IMG/VR virus record: IMGVR_UViG_3300030493_000012
Length of the DNA: 64,000 nt
Source: a virus
Strand: one strand, 5' to 3'
The position numbers and the translations under genes are program-made. Positions 60,054 through 64,000 of this stretch are shown piece after piece (the stretch's first letter is position 1; the number at the start of each line of letters is the position of its first letter). Below the pieces are notes generated by a model. It worked only from the letters and a program-made list of their open reading frames with translations. It ran no database searches and was not told the origin of the DNA.

Positions 60054-61308
60054 GATTATTAATGTATTTAACTGTTTTGTTCATATTCCGATTCTTCGTT
60101 GTCCAAAAGGTATTATCTTTTGTAAATCCTTTACTGGTATCCTTCCTTCTTAAACTAATTATTTTATCAGGATTTTCGTTTAAAACCTTTTGATACTCGT
60201 CAAATTTATCTCTTTTAAAATCCAAATAAAGACGCCAATCATATTCAAGGTTAAGTATTTTAACTGTTTTATTCATTCTTTGCCAAGCAACGTTGAATTT
60301 CGTTGCGCTATCACCATGTAATTTACCCGCACTCGCAAGTAAAATTCTTTTTGTATTTATTTCTCTTGTTTGGCGAGAAAGGCCGAAACAGCCACAGCTA
60401 GAGGTTCCTCTTCTTAGGCTTTTATATTTAAGTTGAATTTTATTACCGCATTCACATTGGCAATTCCAGAATGAAGTTTTATTAATAACCACCCTGTCTA
60501 ATGCAATGAGTTTTCCAAATCTTTGCCCTGTGACATCTTCAAATTTTATTATCTTTCCATTTTCGTCTAGTCGTCTAGGTGTAGTGGTCTGCAAATGATT
60601 CTTTTTATAAGTTTCATAAACTAGAAATTTCCTATCTAATCCAATACAATCGTTTTCTCTTCCTTTATAAATGTAATCGAGAAATAATTTACAATCATAT
60701 TCTGTATTAATAAAAAAAAGAGAACTTTGGTGGACTTTTCCGTTTTCAAAAGTTTTCTTTATTTTTTCTATTTTATGATTAATTTTTAACACTTGGCATA
60801 AATGTTCAAAAGATGACCAATCGAAATTAAAAGAAGCCGAAATACCAACGTTAAAACAACTTTTTTCAACAACCCCGTTGTGTCCGTCTCCGTCAAAAAC
60901 TCCCCTAAAAAATAAATAATGCAAATTATCTGGAATTAGTGATAGAATCTTTGTCGGTGATACTGTAGATTTTAAATGATAGTCGTTTTCAACCAAGAAA
61001 GCGTGAAATTTTTTATTACATAGGCAAAATTCTCCAAAAAATTTCTTGTCACCTTTCCGTTTTAGTTTATATTTAAGCCAATGTCCGAGCGTATCAAAAC
61101 TTTTTTCGACATTCAAAAAATCGTCAAACAAAATAGTAATACGAGATATGTATTGTTTAAACGATGGGTTTACTACATGTCCATCTGCCCATAAAAAACC
61201 TAGCACATAGGCGGCTTCTTTTGAGAAGGAGTCTTTTTTAAAATTTTGCCAAAAAATTTCAGAAGTTCTCGTCCATTTCTTTTCTTTATTTAGTCGTTTA
61301 AAATACAT
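60046..61308 (-). CDS. LAGLIDADG homing endonuclease fused to a degenerate HNH-type module
   Basis: AYVLGFLWADG and FFRGVFDGDG; DVTGQRFGKL...WNCQCECG...SSCGC; ISLRRKDTSKGFTKDNTFW. Confidence 0.8.
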   Translation of the reverse strand: MYFKRLNKEKKWTRTSEIFWQNFKKDSFSKEAAYVLGFLWADGHVVNPSFKQYISRITILFDDFLNVEKSFDTLGHWLKYKLKRKGDKKFFGEFCLCNKKFHAFLVENDYHLKSTVSPTKILSLIPDNLHYLFFRGVFDGDGHNGVVEKSCFNVGISASFNFDWSSFEHLCQVLKINHKIEKIKKTFENGKVHQSSLFFINTEYDCKLFLDYIYKGRENDCIGLDRKFLVYETYKKNHLQTTTPRRLDENGKIIKFEDVTGQRFGKLIALDRVVINKTSFWNCQCECGNKIQLKYKSLRRGTSSCGCFGLSRQTREINTKRILLASAGKLHGDSATKFNVAWQRMNKTVKILNLEYDWRLYLDFKRDKFDEYQKVLNENPDKIISLRRKDTSKGFTKDNTFWTTKNRNMNKTVKYINNHD

Positions 61309-62200
61309 TCCATTCCTTTATTTCATTTGTTGACATTTCTCCAAAGTCCTTCTTAATAGGAAGTTTGATAATAATCTGGCTGGCATCAAAAAATCTATTT
61401 AACTTTTTTTGAATTTTTTCTGCCGCTCTGTTTCCAATACCGCTTTCTTCATTATTGGTGGCTATTATAATTTTGTCAATATTAACTTTTAATAGAAAAT
61501 TAATAACAGCAAAACTTATCTCGGTTCCGAAAAGGCATATAACATTTTTAATTCCGCTTTCCCACATTTTCAACACACACCCCGGTGATTCAACCAAAAT
61601 AACAGATTTACATTTTTTGATATACTCGTAATTTATAAAAGCAGGCCAAATAAAGTTGTTTTTAGAGCCAACAATCTTATATTTCATTTCTGACTTATTG
61701 GTAACGTCTCTGGCGCAAAACCCAATTATCTCTTCCTTCCCATTGAAAATAGGAAACACATATCTATCTTTCATTTTACAGGTTTTAGTACACAAACCAC
61801 CTTTAAACTTTAATAGCGTTTCTAATGAAATTCCGCGATTTAACCAATAATCATGTACAGGAAGTAAATTTTGCAAAGTAGAAGGCTCGAATTTTTTAGG
61901 CTCCGAAATTTTGGGCTTAATCTGTTCTTCTTTCTGTTTTAAATCAATCTTATGTTCCGAAAACCACTTTTCTGTCTCTGAAATATCTTTATGGCCAAGC
62001 ATTAGCTTTACTAATTCTTTGATAGTGCCACGCCTGTTATCTACAAAATCGTACCAAAAACCAGTCTTAAAAATCTTAAGAGCGGTCATGTTGTCGCCAT
62101 TACAATAAGCTCTATTTGTTCGCCAGCCATCGCTTTCCTCTTTCAAAGAATGAAAGCCTATTTCGCGCAAAATATCTTTAATGTCAGCTATTTCAGTCAT
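61298..62200 (-). CDS. DnaG-like DNA primase (TOPRIM) with non-canonical acidic motifs
   Basis: YWLNRGIS...RYVFPIFN...IIGFCAR...KYK; VILVESPGC; IIIATNNE. Confidence 0.75.
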   Translation of the reverse strand: MTEIADIKDILREIGFHSLKEESDGWRTNRAYCNGDNMTALKIFKTGFWYDFVDNRRGTIKELVKLMLGHKDISETEKWFSEHKIDLKQKEEQIKPKISEPKKFEPSTLQNLLPVHDYWLNRGISLETLLKFKGGLCTKTCKMKDRYVFPIFNGKEEIIGFCARDVTNKSEMKYKIVGSKNNFIWPAFINYEYIKKCKSVILVESPGCVLKMWESGIKNVICLFGTEISFAVINFLLKVNIDKIIIATNNEESGIGNRAAEKIQKKLNRFFDASQIIIKLPIKKDFGEMSTNEIKEWNVF

Positions 62201-62223
62201 TATCTTTTGTTACGTCTGCTATT

Positions 62224-62538
62224 TCAACCATTAGCCTTTTCAACAACAAGAAGAGCGGCATTTTCCCAACGAATTTCTTTTCCTTGCAGTGTTTTTATTG
62301 TAAATACCTTACCGCGCTCTTTTGTTTCTTCTATTTTAACAAGTTCGCCTATTGCTGATAGCAAGCCAAGCCGGTGTTTGCATAGACCTAAAACATGAGT
62401 GTGTTCAACAACAATATCACCAATTTCTGGTTTTAAGAACGGATACCTTACTAAAGCTAATCTTACTATCCACAAAACAAGTGGCGAAGCTAGTTCTGGC
62501 TCACATCCGTTCTGCTTAATCGTTGTTAATAATTTCAT
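62224..62538 (-). CDS. Hypothetical protein between helicase and primase
   Basis: ORF track, coupled by overlapping stop/start. Confidence 0.55.
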   Translation of the reverse strand: MKLLTTIKQNGCEPELASPLVLWIVRLALVRYPFLKPEIGDIVVEHTHVLGLCKHRLGLLSAIGELVKIEETKERGKVFTIKTLQGKEIRWENAALLVVEKANG

Positions 62539-64000
62539 AAAGAAGCATCGTCTTTCTTGTCCTTCTTATCTTCCTCTTCTTGAACATCATATTTTTCTTT
62601 CAATAAAGAAACCATCGTCCTTAAATCTCCTTTATCTTCAAACCAAAAAGTTGAACTTTGCAAATTGACATAATTCTTTTCGTACTTACCTTTGGTTGTT
62701 TGGACTGGCGACAAGGCATTTTGATAATCTTCTCCTAAATGACGATGTTTGACAAACTTGGCAACCATATTACCAAAATCATGACCATGTTTGGCTATTT
62801 CATCTGTAACTTTTGGCCTCAAAATAATTGCGTGGCTGGATTGTTGTAAAATCTTGTCCGAAATACCAAAGGTTCCTTCATCTTCCTGAATTTGACCAGA
62901 TGTTTTGCCTGTGGTAATTCCGTATTTGTTTTGTTGTAAAGAAGTCCAAATGGCTATTTTTAGTTCATTAGTTATGAAGCTTTTTAGGTCTTGAATAAAA
63001 TGGCCCATTTGTTTCCACTCTGGCACATTATAATCTACAGTATCAAAAGGCTTCAAATAATCATAATCAGTCAAAAATTGATTATCGCGGCCAACCTTAT
63101 TTAATGAAAAGCGCCGAATAAAAGAAATAACCTCATTTGGTTTAAGCCCAGCCACATTCTTATAATAGAATTTAATCTTTTTGGCTCTAGCAAACGCTTC
63201 TTCCATTATTTTCTTATTAGCAATATCTCTATTCCAAGTGCCATGTTCGAGTGCATGAATTGAAATTTTGCCTTTTGTGAACATACAGGCGGCTCGAAAG
63301 ATTAATTCTTCTTCTGACATTTCGCCATTATCAAGATGTAAAACTGGCAAATCATACTTATCGGCCAAAAAGACATTATAAAACATTGCAAGCGAACTTT
63401 TTCCGACACTACTTCTGGCTGCAATAACAGTAATATTCCCCGGCTTTGACAAAGAACCATACATTCTGTTAATTGTAGGAAATGGCCCCATTAAAAACGC
63501 TTTATCATTAGGTGGATTGGCTGCGATATTTCTAATTGTCGGCTCTAAATCAGCAAAAATATCCTTTACCGCAGAACTTGTAGAAGCGAAGGCATTAATT
63601 TTCTCATTATTCAAGCCGTCAACCTCTTCAACGATTTTGTCAATAGATTTGCTGGCGTTTTCAACTATGTATTGCTGAACTTTCTGGCTTTGCCAATAAA
63701 TGTCTCGACACAGTTTTAGCTTCAATAATTGCTTAAAACTCTCGACAGTAGCAGGCTTAGTGATTTGAGTAAATGATATTGCTGATATATAATCAAAAAT
63801 ATTAATCTCGCTTTTGAACCTAATCCCTAAATTGGAGATTTCCTGAGCTAAAATTACCTTGTCCAGTTTATCTGTTTTACCTGCCGATAAGATGTTTCTG
63901 GCTACAGAGTAAATAACAGAATGAATATTGTCTTGGTCAGCAAAAACTTCTGGTGTAATAAAAGGCTCAACTTCTGTAAAAACCTCTGGATTACGAATTA
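62535..64000 (-). CDS. dnaB: DnaB-like replicative helicase (5' end lies beyond the window)
   Basis: Walker A AARSSVGKS, LDNGEMS, DYDYL, SLQQN, KHRH; frame stays open from 63725 to the window edge (IRNPEVFTEVEPF...). Confidence 0.85.
   Translation of the reverse strand, partial: IRNPEVFTEVEPFITPEVFADQDNIHSVIYSVARNILSAGKTDKLDKVILAQEISNLGIRFKSEINIFDYISAISFTQITKPATVESFKQLLKLKLCRDIYWQSQKVQQYIVENASKSIDKIVEEVDGLNNEKINAFASTSSAVKDIFADLEPTIRNIAANPPNDKAFLMGPFPTINRMYGSLSKPGNITVIAARSSVGKSSLAMFYNVFLADKYDLPVLHLDNGEMSEEELIFRAACMFTKGKISIHALEHGTWNRDIANKKIMEEAFARAKKIKFYYKNVAGLKPNEVISFIRRFSLNKVGRDNQFLTDYDYLKPFDTVDYNVPEWKQMGHFIQDLKSFITNELKIAIWTSLQQNKYGITTGKTSGQIQEDEGTFGISDKILQQSSHAIILRPKVTDEIAKHGHDFGNMVAKFVKHRHLGEDYQNALSPVQTTKGKYEKNYVNLQSSTFWFEDKGDLRTMVSLLKEKYDVQEEEDKKDKKDDASL

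Noticed and set aside
60046-61308. Intron or intein status of the LAGLIDADG gene
   Set aside because: Flanking primase and nuclease ORFs are complete and overlap it at stop/start codons; no intein C1/HN motifs or room for an intron core
1-64000. Alternative genetic code (TAG or TGA recoding)
   Set aside because: Long conserved genes (rIIA, ligases, DnaB, GuaC) are uninterrupted in code 11 and all three stops end apparently complete ORFs

Overview
AT-rich (roughly one-third G+C, judged by eye) 64-kb segment of a large lytic dsDNA phage genome, read in standard code 11 and encoded almost entirely on the minus strand. It holds about 150 mostly small hypothetical ORFs. Recognisable genes include a GP88-like protein, two DNA methyltransferases, rIIA and rIIB, a RuvB-like ATPase, two RNA ligases, a metallophosphoesterase, NUDIX, deaminase, deoxyribosyltransferase-like, GMP reductase, pyrimidine-dimer glycosylase, Hsp20, SLOG, an ABC-ATPase/GNAT fusion, PD-(D/E)XK nucleases, a primase and a DnaB helicase truncated by the window edge. 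Mobile cargo comprises GIY-YIG, DUF559-like and two LAGLIDADG endonuclease genes, plus a complete IS200/IS605 element (tnpA+tnpB, 20669-22314). The most striking features are unannotated. (1) At least 26 genes each have a sigma70-like promoter at a fixed offset (TTGANN-N17-NANNNT-N6-ATG), predicting leaderless single-gene cassettes, often with the upstream stop codon fused to the -35 box. (2) Three aberrant tRNA-like genes: a tRNA-Arg(UCU) with D and anticodon arms in swapped order, a tRNA-Glu-like RNA without an anticodon stem, and a tRNA-His-like mini-RNA split by the IS605 element. These occur in a genome with two RNA ligases and a phosphoesterase. (3) A palindromic ACGAC-N7-GTCGT array in a 570-bp non-coding gap. 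(4) An enriched TTC(G/C)GAA motif. (5) A seven-copy paralogous domain with an ADP-ribosyltransferase-like pattern. (6) Thr-Asn-rich exported proteins. All family calls come from motif recognition by eye; no database searches were run.
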